Shown: positions 21,515 to 32,068, counted from the stretch's first letter. The stretch is DNA of 52,201 nt from an uncultured Clostridia bacterium (GCA_947054085.1 CAMRVD010000003.1:1-52201), one strand, 5' to 3'. The notes: generated from the sequence alone by a model not told the origin. Program-made: numbers and translations.

Positions 21515-24500
21515 TTATACATTTGTCCTAGATACAGAAATATAAATTGTTACATTACTATTTGATGTTATATTCATAGACGCTTCAAAGTAGCCATTAG
21601 TACTTTCACTAGGATGAACCGAACCTAAACTACCGCTTCCACTACTTGTACCAGCTTTTAATGTATCATAAGTTTCTCCGCTACTACTTTCATCATAATA
21701 TAGTTTTTCTGCTCCAATTTTAAAGCTTTTAGGGAGCTCAACAGAATATACACCAGATGAATTTACTAACTCGTATAGATAATATTTTACACCGCCAATA
21801 GAGTAATATATTTTATAACTATTTGCAATATATTTATCTACCCTAAATGTAACAGTTATAGAATCTTTTACAAATACAGCAGTTATGGTCATATTGCTAG
21901 TTACTTTATTTGTACTCATACTCCAATTACTAAATTTATAACCCGTTTTAGCAGTCGTTGTTATAGTGTTTCCATTTACAAATAGAACACTTCCTGCGGT
22001 AGTTATAGATGTATTATATGGAACGCCTGTTACAGTAGTTTTACTAACAGTACCCATAACAGAGCTATTTGAAGTAATTGTTACTATATAAGTCAATTGT
22101 GTAAATACTGCAGTAATCGTCGCCTCTCCTGTAAGAGTAAATTGACCAGTGGTATAATTAGTTCCGTTTATATTCCAATGTGAGAATTTATAGCCAGTGT
22201 TTGCAACAGCGTAGAAGAGTTCGTCATCACCAGTTCTTAATTGAGAGCCACTAATTTGGAATACATCTCCATGTGCACCATTATACTCTAAGCTAGAACC
22301 TGTTTGACCATTAGTATCCCAATTTAAATACCCATAGTCTGCATGATTAACTTCGAACCATAGATCGTAGAATATCGGTGAAAAATTAGCTGTGATTGTA
22401 CGATCTTCTGCAATAACGCCACTAGTGTTACCACTCCAACTAGTAAATCTGTAACCTGTTTTAGGTGTTGCAGTAACCAAGTTATTATAATGTAAGCTAA
22501 TAATATTGTCTCTTATTACAATACTATCATAATCATCGTGACGTACTCTAAACGTTGCGGTAGATAAATTAGTGCCTCCTAAATACGGTCCGCCTATAGT
22601 ACCATAATTACTATTATTAACCTTAAATGTAATGGTATATAAACTAACAACTTCTGGTTCTATACTAATATAACCCGTAATTGTTCCACTACTTGGTACT
22701 CCACTAGAAATTACATATTTTGTATTGTCGTACTGAGCTCCGTAAATTTCCCAAGTAGAGCCATAAAGTATTTGATTATCATAAAAATCATATACATAGC
22801 CTTTATCTACGCCATTAATTTTTATACCAAATTTTACTCCAGAAACACCGTCACCTTTTTCTTCGCCATTTAGTATAGGGTTTAAGTCTACCGCATGCCT
22901 AGTATGCTCCATAACAAGGTAGTTGGTTTTACGAGTAATACTGGTTGTTCTACCTGCTGGTAAAGACAATACCGACAAGTACGTTTTAGCACTGCTAAGA
23001 TATGTGCTATTTGTGCTATAAGCAATATAACTACTTGCTTTATCACCATCGTCAAAGCTTGTTAATGTACTCTTTTGTACTGTATATGTTTTAGTAAGAG
23101 TAGTATTTACATTTATATAAATATTTTTGTTTAATCCAATTGCACCAGAGTTAGAACCGTTATTAGATGTAAAGTTAGAGTTTAAGTTGAATGTACCCTT
23201 TTCTATATAGATATTGGTTACATTTGCACGGTTTGTACTAATTGTTGCGTTACCGCTTATTGTAAAAGTACCATCAACAATTCTGATATTTTGAGTTCCC
23301 CAACTAGATTGGTTGTTAGTTATATACCCACCAGAAACATCTAATGCTCTATTAGAATATATTCCTCCGATAATACATTTTGTTGCGTCACCATTAGCGG
23401 TTATATTACCACCAGAAATTCTAGTAGTTCCCGCGTTATAAATTGCACCACCAGTTTCGGCATTGTTACCAGAGATTGTTCCGCCTGTTATAGTTAGCGA
23501 ACTTGTGTTATGTATTGCACCACCTCTTGTAGCAATATTGCCACTTATAGTACCTCCACTAATAGTTACACCTGTTGCTACAGATATACCAGCACCTTCT
23601 GAAGCCCTATTATTTTTTATTTCGGTAGTACCACTAATTGTTACAGTTCCATCAACTCTAATTCCACCACCAGCAGATGTACCAGTATTATTATTTATTT
23701 TACCCCCACTAATTTGGTTGCTGCCGGAGGTTTTAATCATCAACCCACCACCAACAGTAGCAGAAGAGTTGTAAGATATTTCACCACTAGTCATGTTTAT
23801 AACGCCATAGCTATACACACCGCCACCACTCCAGTCTGTAGTAGCATTATACTTAATGAGAACGCCTTTTATATTTAATTTATCGGTTGAGTCATTAGAA
23901 TATATTCCACCACCACCCGGTGCTAAGTTGTAACTAATCGATCCCCCATTAAGGTTAAGGGTTGCACCACCAGCACAACCTATACCACCGCCGGCATTAC
24001 TGCACCAGTTGCTTCGGGTACTTTCGGTTGCCGCACTTGTTACGTTTGCATTACCTATTGTTCCACCTGTAATAGTTAGGGTTGCACCTTTTATAAATAA
24101 ACCGCCACCCATATTGGTATACTCTAGCCCCAAGCCCGAACCATTTTGTGCTTTGTTGTTATAAATTTGACCGTCACTTATGTTAACAGCACTCTGTGCA
24201 TATATACCGCCACCACAACCAGAGCTGTTATTTTTAATTTCGCCACCGCTCATACTAAACGAACCAGTGCCAACGTATACTCCGCCACCTAGTTTAGTTG
24301 CAGAGTTATTTTCTATTATGCCAGATTTAAATATAACACTAGTTCCAGAGTTATATTGAATACCACCGCCATGTTCCGCTGTTTGGTTATTCTTAATTGT
24401 TACACCGTCAAAAGTGGTATCGCCATCGATACAAACACCACCTGCTCCACTATTAGCAGAGTTATAGGAAATTGTACCTCCACTAAAAACATTGCCAGCG

Positions 24501-26755
24501 GTTTTTACAATTATGCCACCACCCCAGCCGTTTGCACTGTTATGGTCTAGAGTTCCACCAGACATAGTTACTACACCAAAGGCGTAGATAGCTCCACCGC
24601 TTGCTGCACTTTTGTTGTATTTTGCCACAAATGGGTCGGTTATGTTTATTTTATCTATTGCACTTTCCGAAAATACGGCTCCTCCTGCTTGCATACTTAC
24701 ATTGTGTGCAATTGCTCCACTATGCAGGTTTAGTGTAGAGCCTTCCTTTATGTATATAGCCCCACCGTGCTCGCCCGATTTATTAGAAAAATCTGTACTT
24801 GTAGCACCTGTTGTTCTAGAGCTATCGCCAATTTCGCCACCAGTCATATTAATGGTAGCGTTGATTGAGTATATCGCTCCGCCATTGCCTTTTGCACTAT
24901 TTTCATGAATACTGCCTTGTTTAAGGTTTAACGTTCCGCCGTTTAAAAATATTGCCCCCGCTTCATCTGTCGAATTATTGCATGCAATTTCTGTACCGGC
25001 TATGTTTATCGTCGCTTCCCAGCCATGAATACCAGCACCCGCACTACCACTATTCCAGTCTATTAAACCACCATTTAAATTTACGGTTCCATTTTTTCCA
25101 ACAAATATTCCGCCACCATTACCTTCTGTTTCTCCATTGCTATTTTTTACTGCATTGTGATAAACATGGCCGCCATTCATGTTTAACACTCCATCTACGG
25201 TCATTCCGCCGCCATGTTTTTCGGTAACAGCATTGTTTTTTATCCAACCACTAGTTAATGTAAGTGTAGAGCCAGACTCGACAAAGATTCCTCCAGCAGT
25301 CTTGGCAATATTGTGCGAAATCATGGTTCCTTTTATCTCTACATTGCTAGCACTGGCAATACTAAGTCCGCCGCCTAAATTTGCTTTGTTACTGTAATTT
25401 TCTAGGTCGGCAATGGCATCACCACTATTATTTACTCCAATTACTCCACCACTAAAGGTGCCAGTACAAGATTCTAATCTTACACCGCCACCATTTTGCC
25501 CAGCAGTGTTATTACTAATTTCGCCACTAGTCATATTAATGGTAGAGTTGCTTGAGTATATCGCTCCGCCCATACAAGTAGCATAGTTGTTTTGCATTTT
25601 TATATTGCCACTAATATCTAGTTTTGATTCTCCAGCAATATACACAGCTGCACCATAAGCAGCGTAGCAATTTTTTATTGTTCCGCCAATAATAGTTGCT
25701 GTTCCGCCGCCAATATAAATTGCTCCGCCACCAGTGTCCTCAGCTTCCGAAAGCGACTGACAATTAATAAATTCACAACCAGTAACAGTTAAATTTCCTG
25801 TATTAGTTTTCACAGCACCGCCACTACCACTAGTAGTAAAGTTGGTAAATTTTAGATTTTCTAGTATCAGAGTACCGCCAGTTTGGTCTATTGCTCTTCC
25901 TGCCCTATATGTTTCGCCATTCAATTTAGGAGTATATTCCTTTATGGATTTTCCTCCGCTTAGGGTAAATGTTCCTTTATTTAATTTTAGTATTTGCCCA
26001 TTTTTTTCTGATGTGTCAGTTAGTGTTGCAGTTGATGCTAGGCTTGCAGACATTAGCAATGTGCTATTGTTGCTTGTTTGTTGTTCGCTATCCCCTATAC
26101 TAAACACGCAGTTCTCTACATTTAATGTTTGGCTGGTTCCTGTTACCAACTCGCCCAAGGTGTAGTTTGCATCCCCGCTGGTTTCTATCTCTACTTTTTT
26201 GTCACCATCGTCCACTACAGCCAACACTTTACCGTTATTGTATGTGGCAGATATGGTAGTTGCTATATTAGCCTTAGTAAAAGTGGCAGTTTCTGCATAA
26301 TCACATACAGACAATACACTGCGTGCAAAATTAGACGAACTTTGTTCGTCTTCTTTTATAAAGGTTATATTTAGTTCCCCTTTGGCATTAAATCCAAAAG
26401 TATTTGCTAATCCTGTTTTTGTAAAAGATAAGTTTAAATTAATATCCGAATCATGGGTATTTGGCAAATCATTTAATATAACATATGATGTTTTGTTGTT
26501 TACCATACTTGCGGCGTTATTGCAGGCATCGTCTGCATAAGTGCCGCACTCCTCTATCTCGGCGTAAACTTTGTTTCCATTTACAATATAATTGCCAGTG
26601 TATTCTTCTGGCATTACGTAGTTTAAACTATGGATAGTATTTTTACTGTTTGTTTTATTACAGTTTAAAGTTCCTATCCCTCCACCTAAGCACAATACAA
26701 GGGCAAATAGTATGCAAATTATACTAAGTTTACTTTTTTGTATTATTTTTAACAC
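21515..26755 (-). CDS. Large secreted beta-helix (Pmp-like GGA[I/V] repeat) surface protein with C-terminal InlB-B-like repeats
   Basis: Signal peptide; dozens of GGAI/GGGI..I..N.A repeats; three A.P/A..GY.F..W....T..A.F repeats near the C-terminus; GTG start after AGGAGG. Confidence 0.8.
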   Translation of the reverse strand: MLKIIQKSKLSIICILFALVLCLGGGIGTLNCNKTNSKNTIHSLNYVMPEEYTGNYIVNGNKVYAEIEECGTYADDACNNAASMVNNKTSYVILNDLPNTHDSDINLNLSFTKTGLANTFGFNAKGELNITFIKEDEQSSSNFARSVLSVCDYAETATFTKANIATTISATYNNGKVLAVVDDGDKKVEIETSGDANYTLGELVTGTSQTLNVENCVFSIGDSEQQTSNNSTLLMSASLASTATLTDTSEKNGQILKLNKGTFTLSGGKSIKEYTPKLNGETYRAGRAIDQTGGTLILENLKFTNFTTSGSGGAVKTNTGNLTVTGCEFINCQSLSEAEDTGGGAIYIGGGTATIIGGTIKNCYAAYGAAVYIAGESKLDISGNIKMQNNYATCMGGAIYSSNSTINMTSGEISNNTAGQNGGGVRLESCTGTFSGGVIGVNNSGDAIADLENYSNKANLGGGLSIASASNVEIKGTMISHNIAKTAGGIFVESGSTLTLTSGWIKNNAVTEKHGGGMTVDGVLNMNGGHVYHNAVKNSNGETEGNGGGIFVGKNGTVNLNGGLIDWNSGSAGAGIHGWEATINIAGTEIACNNSTDEAGAIFLNGGTLNLKQGSIHENSAKGNGGAIYSINATINMTGGEIGDSSRTTGATSTDFSNKSGEHGGAIYIKEGSTLNLHSGAIAHNVSMQAGGAVFSESAIDKINITDPFVAKYNKSAASGGAIYAFGVVTMSGGTLDHNSANGWGGGIIVKTAGNVFSGGTISYNSANSGAGGVCIDGDTTFDGVTIKNNQTAEHGGGIQYNSGTSVIFKSGIIENNSATKLGGGVYVGTGSFSMSGGEIKNNSSGCGGGIYAQSAVNISDGQIYNNKAQNGSGLGLEYTNMGGGLFIKGATLTITGGTIGNANVTSAATESTRSNWCSNAGGGIGCAGGATLNLNGGSISYNLAPGGGGIYSNDSTDKLNIKGVLIKYNATTDWSGGGVYSYGVINMTSGEISYNSSATVGGGLMIKTSGSNQISGGKINNNTGTSAGGGIRVDGTVTISGTTEIKNNRASEGAGISVATGVTISGGTISGNIATRGGAIHNTSSLTITGGTISGNNAETGGAIYNAGTTRISGGNITANGDATKCIIGGIYSNRALDVSGGYITNNQSSWGTQNIRIVDGTFTISGNATISTNRANVTNIYIEKGTFNLNSNFTSNNGSNSGAIGLNKNIYINVNTTLTKTYTVQKSTLTSFDDGDKASSYIAYSTNSTYLSSAKTYLSVLSLPAGRTTSITRKTNYLVMEHTRHAVDLNPILNGEEKGDGVSGVKFGIKINGVDKGYVYDFYDNQILYGSTWEIYGAQYDNTKYVISSGVPSSGTITGYISIEPEVVSLYTITFKVNNSNYGTIGGPYLGGTNLSTATFRVRHDDYDSIVIRDNIISLHYNNLVTATPKTGYRFTSWSGNTSGVIAEDRTITANFSPIFYDLWFEVNHADYGYLNWDTNGQTGSSLEYNGAHGDVFQISGSQLRTGDDELFYAVANTGYKFSHWNINGTNYTTGQFTLTGEATITAVFTQLTYIVTITSNSSVMGTVSKTTVTGVPYNTSITTAGSVLFVNGNTITTTAKTGYKFSNWSMSTNKVTSNMTITAVFVKDSITVTFRVDKYIANSYKIYYSIGGVKYYLYELVNSSGVYSVELPKSFKIGAEKLYYDESSSGETYDTLKAGTSSGSGSLGSVHPSESTNGYFEASMNITSNSNVTIYISVSRTNV

Positions 26756-26987
26756 TTACTTTGCCCTCCTTTGTTGTTAGTTTGGTTTTGTTTGCTGGTT
26801 TTTAATCTAAATATATTTATATATTACTAAAAAAGTTTCAAAATAGCAAATAAAAAACGACCTTTTAATCGTTTAAATAGAATTAATTGTATAAAATAAT
26901 TTACCCATTTAAAAAAAATTAATAGCATAAGGAGCAGTCTAAAGAAAGATACAAGAGCTTAAAAATTAGATAAAATACAAGCAAAAT

Positions 26988-27040
26988 AAAAAAACAGGCT
27001 AGGATTTTACTTTAACGTAAATGACGTAGTCTGTTTTTTT
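26988..27040 (+). repeat. Intergenic hairpin element, family A copy 4
   Basis: AAAAAAACAGGCTA-GGA-TTTTAC-TTTAAC-GTAAAT-GAC-G-TAGTCTGTTTTTTT. Confidence 0.8.
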
Positions 27041-27063
27041 AATTTTCTGCAATAGTTCGCAAA

Positions 27064-27753
27064 TTATTGGGCTCTATACATTACTTTAATGCCAGGTCCC
27101 ATAGTCCCTGCTACAGATATACTCTTAAAATAAGTACCTTTAGCAGCTTGTGGCTTAGCTTTTGCAAGAGCATCTATAACTGCATCGTAGTTTTCTTTAA
27201 GTTTGGCTGCACCAAAACTCTTTTTACCAATAACTACGTGGATAATACCAAATTTGTCTAGACGATACTCTACTTTACCAGCTTTGATATCTTTTAAAGC
27301 TTTTGCAACGTCTGCAGTAACTGTGCCGCTCTTTGGGTTAGGCATAAGACCGCGAGGTCCAAGAATACGTGCAATACGACCAACTAGTCCCATCATGTCT
27401 GGGGTGGTGATGCAGGCATCAAAACCTAACCAGTTTTCTTTAACGATTTTGTCGATCATATCTTCTGCACCAACAAAATCTGCGCCATTAGCTTTTGCAA
27501 TATCGGCTTTGTCGCCTTTTGCAATTACTAAAACTTTAACCGATTTACCAGTACCATTAGGAAGAACAACGCTTCCACGAACTTGTTGGTCTGCGTTTTT
27601 AGGGTCTACACCTAGTTTAACATGAAGTTCGATAGTTTCATCAAACTTAGCGGTGCAAGTTTCTACAGCAAGAGAAAGTGCATCTTCTACTTCGTATAAT
27701 TTTGTGCGTTCTACCTTAGCGGCAGCGTTTACATAATTTTTACCGTGTTTCAT
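27064..27753 (-). CDS. rplA: 50S ribosomal protein L1
   Basis: [30 protein letters not shown]. Confidence 0.99.
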   Translation of the reverse strand: MKHGKNYVNAAAKVERTKLYEVEDALSLAVETCTAKFDETIELHVKLGVDPKNADQQVRGSVVLPNGTGKSVKVLVIAKGDKADIAKANGADFVGAEDMIDKIVKENWLGFDACITTPDMMGLVGRIARILGPRGLMPNPKSGTVTADVAKALKDIKAGKVEYRLDKFGIIHVVIGKKSFGAAKLKENYDAVIDALAKAKPQAAKGTYFKSISVAGTMGPGIKVMYRAQ

Positions 27754-27763
27754 ATGCTCCTCC

Positions 27764-28195
27764 CTATTCTTCTACTGTAATGCCCATGCTACGAGCAGTA
27801 CCTTTAACCATGCTTTCTGCAGCTTCTAAGCTCGCAGCATTAAGATCTGGCATCTTTGTTCTTGCAATTTCCGATACCTGAGCTTTGGTTAATTTTCCGA
27901 CTTTATCTTTGTTTGGTTTTGCGCTTGCAGCTTCTAGACCAAGAGTCTTTTTAATTAAAACTGCAACTGGTGGTGTCTTTAACTCGAAAGTAAAAGACCT
28001 ATCTTGGTAGATAGAAATAACAACGGGAATAGTTAAACCTGCATCTTTAGCAGTCTTCTCGTTAAATTCCTTAACAAACATGCCAAGGTTGATGCCAAAA
28101 GGTCCCAATCTAGAACCTACTGGCGGAGCGGCAGTTGCTTTGCCAGCTGGAAGCTGCATTTTTACAACGGCCTGAATTTTTTTGACTGGTGCCAT
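27764..28195 (-). CDS. rplK: 50S ribosomal protein L11
   Basis: [26 protein letters not shown]; start MAPVKK at 28195 after AAGGAG. Confidence 0.98.
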   Translation of the reverse strand: MAPVKKIQAVVKMQLPAGKATAAPPVGSRLGPFGINLGMFVKEFNEKTAKDAGLTIPVVISIYQDRSFTFELKTPPVAVLIKKTLGLEAASAKPNKDKVGKLTKAQVSEIARTKMPDLNAASLEAAESMVKGTARSMGITVEE

Positions 28196-28225
28196 ATAAT
28201 TCTCCTTTGCGTACGACGACGCAAT

Positions 28226-28263
28226 GTGGTGTAATTGATGCGCTAAAATTTCACATCTCCCAC
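28226..28263 (-). promoter_or_regulatory. L1-binding autoregulatory site upstream of rplK
   Basis: Minus strand GTGGGAG-ATGTG...CGCATC-AATTAC-ACCAC, the typical GUGGGAG/ACCAC mimic of the L1 site. Confidence 0.7.
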
Positions 28264-28373
28264 TCATATATTACAAGGGATAAACCCTTAGTAACCAAAG
28301 TAATTTTTGCGAATATATTTTATTACATATACTCTACAAGTTGTCTTTTATAACAATGTTAGTTTTTATTAAA

Positions 28374-28454
28374 AACCATGCGTTAAGATCCATTCGACTA
28401 CATGTTAATGTGCTACCAGCACATGTAACATTCCGCTCAGGACGACGCAGGGTT
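28374..28454. repeat. REP-like palindrome of the AGATCC.TTCG...CGCTCAGGAYGAC type
   Basis: AGATCCATTCGACT-[ATGTTAATGTGCT-ACC-AGCACATGTAACAT hairpin]-TCCGCTCAGGACGAC inside an outer stem AACC.TGCGT/ACGCA.GGTT. Confidence 0.6.
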
Positions 28455-28519
28455 ATTCATTGCCTTTTGTACAAAGCAAAAAGTAAGAATTTAATACTGG
28501 GCAATGCACATGATTATTA

Positions 28520-28556
28520 GACGCACGCGAATTTAGTAATCTAAAGAGCGTGGGCA
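28520..28556 (+). repeat. Degenerate family A-like hairpin core
   Basis: CACGC-GA-ATTTAG-TAAT-CTAAA-GA-GCGTG, same tandem-GA layout. Confidence 0.45.
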
Positions 28557-28593
28557 AAAGCAAGCATATGCCGCATAGCGATAAGTGTAAGCC

Positions 28594-29118
28594 TTAAAGA
28601 ACTTCGATTTGGTCGAAGTCTAACTCCACCGGAGTAGGTCTACCAAACATTTCCACACTAACTCTGCATTTTTGGTTAGCAGCATCTACGCTTAAAACCT
28701 CGCCTACAAAGTTTTCTAATGGGCCAGATATAACTTTAATTTTGTCGCCAACATTAACTTTAATGTCGATAGTAACTTTTTCCAGCCTCATTCTACGAAT
28801 TTCTTCGTCGTTTAGTGGAAGCGGTCTTCCTGCAGGGCCAACAAAGCCCGTAACACCACGAGTGTTAACAATACTATGCCACAAGCTATCGCGATAACGC
28901 ATTTTTAGTAGAACATAGCATGGGTACATCTTGCGTTGAACAACTTTCTTTTTGCCATTTTTTTCTTCTATTACGTCTTCCATAGGAATACGTGCTTCGA
29001 TAATATCATCTTGAAGCCCTTGGTTTTCTACAAGCTTATTTATGCCCTCTACAACCATATTTTCGTAGCCTGTAAAGGTATGAATGATATACCATCTTGC
29101 TTCTTCTTTTTCTGCCAT
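28594..29118 (-). CDS. nusG: Transcription termination/antitermination factor NusG
   Basis: WYIIHTFTGYE, NTRGVTGFVG, MFGRPTPVEL. Confidence 0.98.
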   Translation of the reverse strand: MAEKEEARWYIIHTFTGYENMVVEGINKLVENQGLQDDIIEARIPMEDVIEEKNGKKKVVQRKMYPCYVLLKMRYRDSLWHSIVNTRGVTGFVGPAGRPLPLNDEEIRRMRLEKVTIDIKVNVGDKIKVISGPLENFVGEVLSVDAANQKCRVSVEMFGRPTPVELDFDQIEVL

Positions 29119-29133
29119 AAATTTATCCTTTTA

Positions 29134-29415
29134 CTAAATATTCATTATTAGCGAAATTAGCCAGCTAAGTAAACTGTCTATTCCAAAAACGACCAAGCCA
29201 AAAACTAGCACAACAGCCAGAACCATTCCTGTGTTTTTAACAACAGCACCAAACTTTGGCCAAGTGACTTTTTTAAGTTCACTCATGGTTTCTTTAGTTC
29301 TGCTACGCTTAGGCTTAGAATTTTTAACCTTTTTGTTAGCTTTTTTATTTTTTGCTAAGGCTTTTTGGTTATTTTCTATGCCGAGTTCTTTAGTAGAAGC
29401 CTCTTTTTTAGCCAT
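29134..29415 (-). CDS. secE: Preprotein translocase SecE
   Basis: ELKKVTWP followed by one TM helix; upstream of nusG. Confidence 0.95.
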   Translation of the reverse strand: MAKKEASTKELGIENNQKALAKNKKANKKVKNSKPKRSRTKETMSELKKVTWPKFGAVVKNTGMVLAVVLVFGLVVFGIDSLLSWLISLIMNI

Positions 29416-29441
29416 ATTATGCTCCTTAATTTATGTTTAAA

Positions 29442-29591
29442 CTATTTTGTTTCTTTATGAGCTGTGTGTTTTTTGCAGAATGGACAATATTTATTTAGTG
29501 TAATTCTGTCTGGATCATTCTTTTTGTTTTTGTAGTTATCGTAATTGCGTTGTTTGCATTCTGTGCACTCTAATGTAATTTTAGTTCTCAT
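29442..29591 (-). CDS. rpmG: 50S ribosomal protein L33 (not in ORF track)
   Basis: Manual translation [49 protein letters not shown]. Confidence 0.98.
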   Translation of the reverse strand: MRTKITLECTECKQRNYDNYKNKKNDPDRITLNKYCPFCKKHTAHKETK

Positions 29592-29640
29592 TATTTTTCT
29601 CTCCAAAAAATTAACACCTCGACAATTCGGGTGCTAAGTA

Positions 29641-29669
29641 AATATAACATACATTAAATTGATTGTCAA
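29641..29669 (-). promoter_or_regulatory. Sigma-A promoter of rpmG-secE-nusG
   Basis: TTGACA-17 nt-TATATT with extended TG. Confidence 0.8.
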
Positions 29670-29746
29670 TAAAAAGGCTAAAATTTATTTAGTTTTTTTA
29701 TTACATAATCTTAGTGCTGATATAAATTAATAAAAGATACTACGAC

Positions 29747-29862
29747 TCGTCGGAGCCCTTGTACTGGTTTATAGCAATTTTATTAATTAAAATTGCCTGT
29801 ATTGGTGCAAGGGCTCCTCCTCTTCCCCATACAGTTTAAATAAACTTATGGGGGCCCCGTAA
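29747..29862 (-). repeat. Two-hairpin element, family B copy 1
   Basis: Minus strand CGGGGCCCCCATAAGT..ACTGTATGGGG-AAGAGGA-[GGAGCCCTTG..CAAGGGCTCC]-GACGA; same layout as 36081-36195. Confidence 0.7.
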
Positions 29863-29930
29863 ACTATGACACTTGCATAAGTATTTCGCCTCTCTGGACG
29901 ACATAAGCGAATTCTCTTGCAATACACATA

Positions 29931-30962
29931 TTATAGTGGCAATGTAGACTGTGCTTCTAAAGTTAAAGGATCTGCAATATTTTTGTTGTTAACATAGTCA
30001 AAGTACCCGCGTGATGCTATCATTGCGGCGTTGTCGGTACAAAGCCCAATGCGTGGACAATAAACTTCTGCCCCAATTTTTGCCGCCTCTGCCTTCATAG
30101 TTTCGCGAAGTGCCGCGTTTGCCGAAACTCCACCCGCAAGCACAATTTTGTAGTAACCATAGTTTTTGCAAGCCTTTACGGTTTTTTCTACAACTTGATC
30201 AACTGCCTCTTTTTGAAAGGACGCACAAACATCGGGGATACTTACCACTTCTCCTCGCTGATCTGCGTTATGCAAGTAATTTATAACTGCGGTTTTAAGC
30301 CCGCTATAACTAAAGTTGTATCCGTTTTTGTCGTGAGGCTTTGTTATAAACTTTATACAAGGAGTGCCTAGTGCTGCTTGTTTTTGTATGTTTGGCCCAC
30401 CTGGATACTCTAGCCCACACTCGCGTGCAACCTTATCAAAGGCTTCGCCAATAGCGTCGTCGGTAGTCGTACCTATAAGCTTACGAGTTACAAAGTCGGT
30501 TTGCTCTACAAGTGCAGTATGACCACCAGACACAATTAAGCAAACAAACGGAGGCTCAAGTTGATTAAATTCTATATAATTTGCACAAATATGCCCCTCT
30601 ATGTGATTTACCGCAATAAGAGGCTTTCCAGTAGAATAAGCAAGAGCTTTTGCAAAGTTTACGCCAACAATTAACGCACCAAGCAAGCCTGCACCATAAG
30701 TTACAGCAATAGCATCGATATCTTTTAGTGTCATATTTGCACGATTTAGACATTCTGTAAGTGCTCCGTCTATGTTCATAACATGATTACGGCTAGCAAT
30801 CTCTGGCACAACACCACCATAGAGTTTATGAATATCTATTTGGCTTGCCACTACATTTGCAATAACCTCTCTGCCATTTTTTACTATAGCAATACCCGTA
30901 TCGTCACAGCTGCTCTCGATACCTAAAATGTATATGTCTTTATTATTTTTCTGCTCTTGCAT
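29931..30962 (-). CDS. tsaD: tRNA N6-threonylcarbamoyltransferase TsaD
   Basis: ILGIESSCDDT, GGVVPEIASRNH, NHIEGHI, CTDNAAMIA. Confidence 0.98.
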   Translation of the reverse strand: MQEQKNNKDIYILGIESSCDDTGIAIVKNGREVIANVVASQIDIHKLYGGVVPEIASRNHVMNIDGALTECLNRANMTLKDIDAIAVTYGAGLLGALIVGVNFAKALAYSTGKPLIAVNHIEGHICANYIEFNQLEPPFVCLIVSGGHTALVEQTDFVTRKLIGTTTDDAIGEAFDKVARECGLEYPGGPNIQKQAALGTPCIKFITKPHDKNGYNFSYSGLKTAVINYLHNADQRGEVVSIPDVCASFQKEAVDQVVEKTVKACKNYGYYKIVLAGGVSANAALRETMKAEAAKIGAEVYCPRIGLCTDNAAMIASRGYFDYVNNKNIADPLTLEAQSTLPL

Positions 30963-30976
30963 TTTTGTTTCCTTAA

Positions 30977-32068
30977 CTAATCATTTTTATTTTTAAAAAC
31001 CAGCATAGCACTAATAAAATCTGCAATTTCGCCATCTAAAACCGCAGTTGTATTACTAGTTTCGTACCCAGTTCGGTGGTCTTTTACCATATTATAAGGG
31101 TGCAATACATAACTTCGGATTTGACTGCCCCACTCTATTTTTTTGTCGCTACTTTTTTGGCTCATTTTTTCTTGTTCGCGTTTATTTTCCTCAAGTTCTA
31201 TAAGTTTACTTTTAAGCATTTTTAACGCAAACTCTTTGTTTTGCAGCTGGCTTCGCTCGTTTTGACACTGCACAACTATTCCTGTTTTTAAATGAGTAAT
31301 ACGAACTGCACTTTCGGTTTTATTTACATGCTGACCGCCAGCACCACCGCTACGATAAGTATCTATCTTAATATCTTCGGGCAAAATCTGAATATCAATT
31401 TTTTCTTCTATTATAGGCGTAACATCTACGCTTGCAAACGAAGTATGCCGGCGACTGTTTGCATCAAATGGCGAAATCCTAACAAGTCTATGTACACCCT
31501 TTTCGTTAATTAAATTTCCGTAAGCATGCTTTCCACTAAAAGAGATACTTACACTTTTAACTCCAGCACCTGTACCATAAAGTTTATCTACTTCTTTTAC
31601 TTTGTAACCCATAATTTCGCCATAGCGAATATACATGCGTTCTAGCATTTCTGCCCAATCCTGAGCCTCTTCGCCCCCTGCTCCCGAATGGATTTCCAAC
31701 ACACAATTACAGTTGTCCCATTTTCCTTTGTATAAAGTTTCTAAATGTAACTGATCGATCTTTTTTTTAATTTCTTGCAAACTCTCGATCACATTAAGTT
31801 CTGCCAACTCCGTTTCGCTAAAACTTTCCACGCAAAATTTTATATCGTTTATATTTTTAACAAGCAAATCTATTGTATCTAGTAGTTCCTGTGCAGATTT
31901 TTTTTGGGCAGCAAGTTTTACAGCCTTTTCTATATCTAAATAAAAGTCCTGATTGCTTTCTTTTTTAGTTATTTCGGCAAGTTCTTGCTTAATGTTATCT
32001 ACATTTATAGTCTTTAAAATTTCGTCTAGCTTATTTTGTATTTGCTTAAGAAGTTCCTTATAATCCAT
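30977..32068 (-). CDS. prfB: Peptide chain release factor 2 (single uninterrupted ORF)
   Basis: VRISPFD (SPF motif), GGAGGQHVN, WGSQIRSYV. Confidence 0.97.
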   Translation of the reverse strand: MDYKELLKQIQNKLDEILKTINVDNIKQELAEITKKESNQDFYLDIEKAVKLAAQKKSAQELLDTIDLLVKNINDIKFCVESFSETELAELNVIESLQEIKKKIDQLHLETLYKGKWDNCNCVLEIHSGAGGEEAQDWAEMLERMYIRYGEIMGYKVKEVDKLYGTGAGVKSVSISFSGKHAYGNLINEKGVHRLVRISPFDANSRRHTSFASVDVTPIIEEKIDIQILPEDIKIDTYRSGGAGGQHVNKTESAVRITHLKTGIVVQCQNERSQLQNKEFALKMLKSKLIELEENKREQEKMSQKSSDKKIEWGSQIRSYVLHPYNMVKDHRTGYETSNTTAVLDGEIADFISAMLVFKNKND

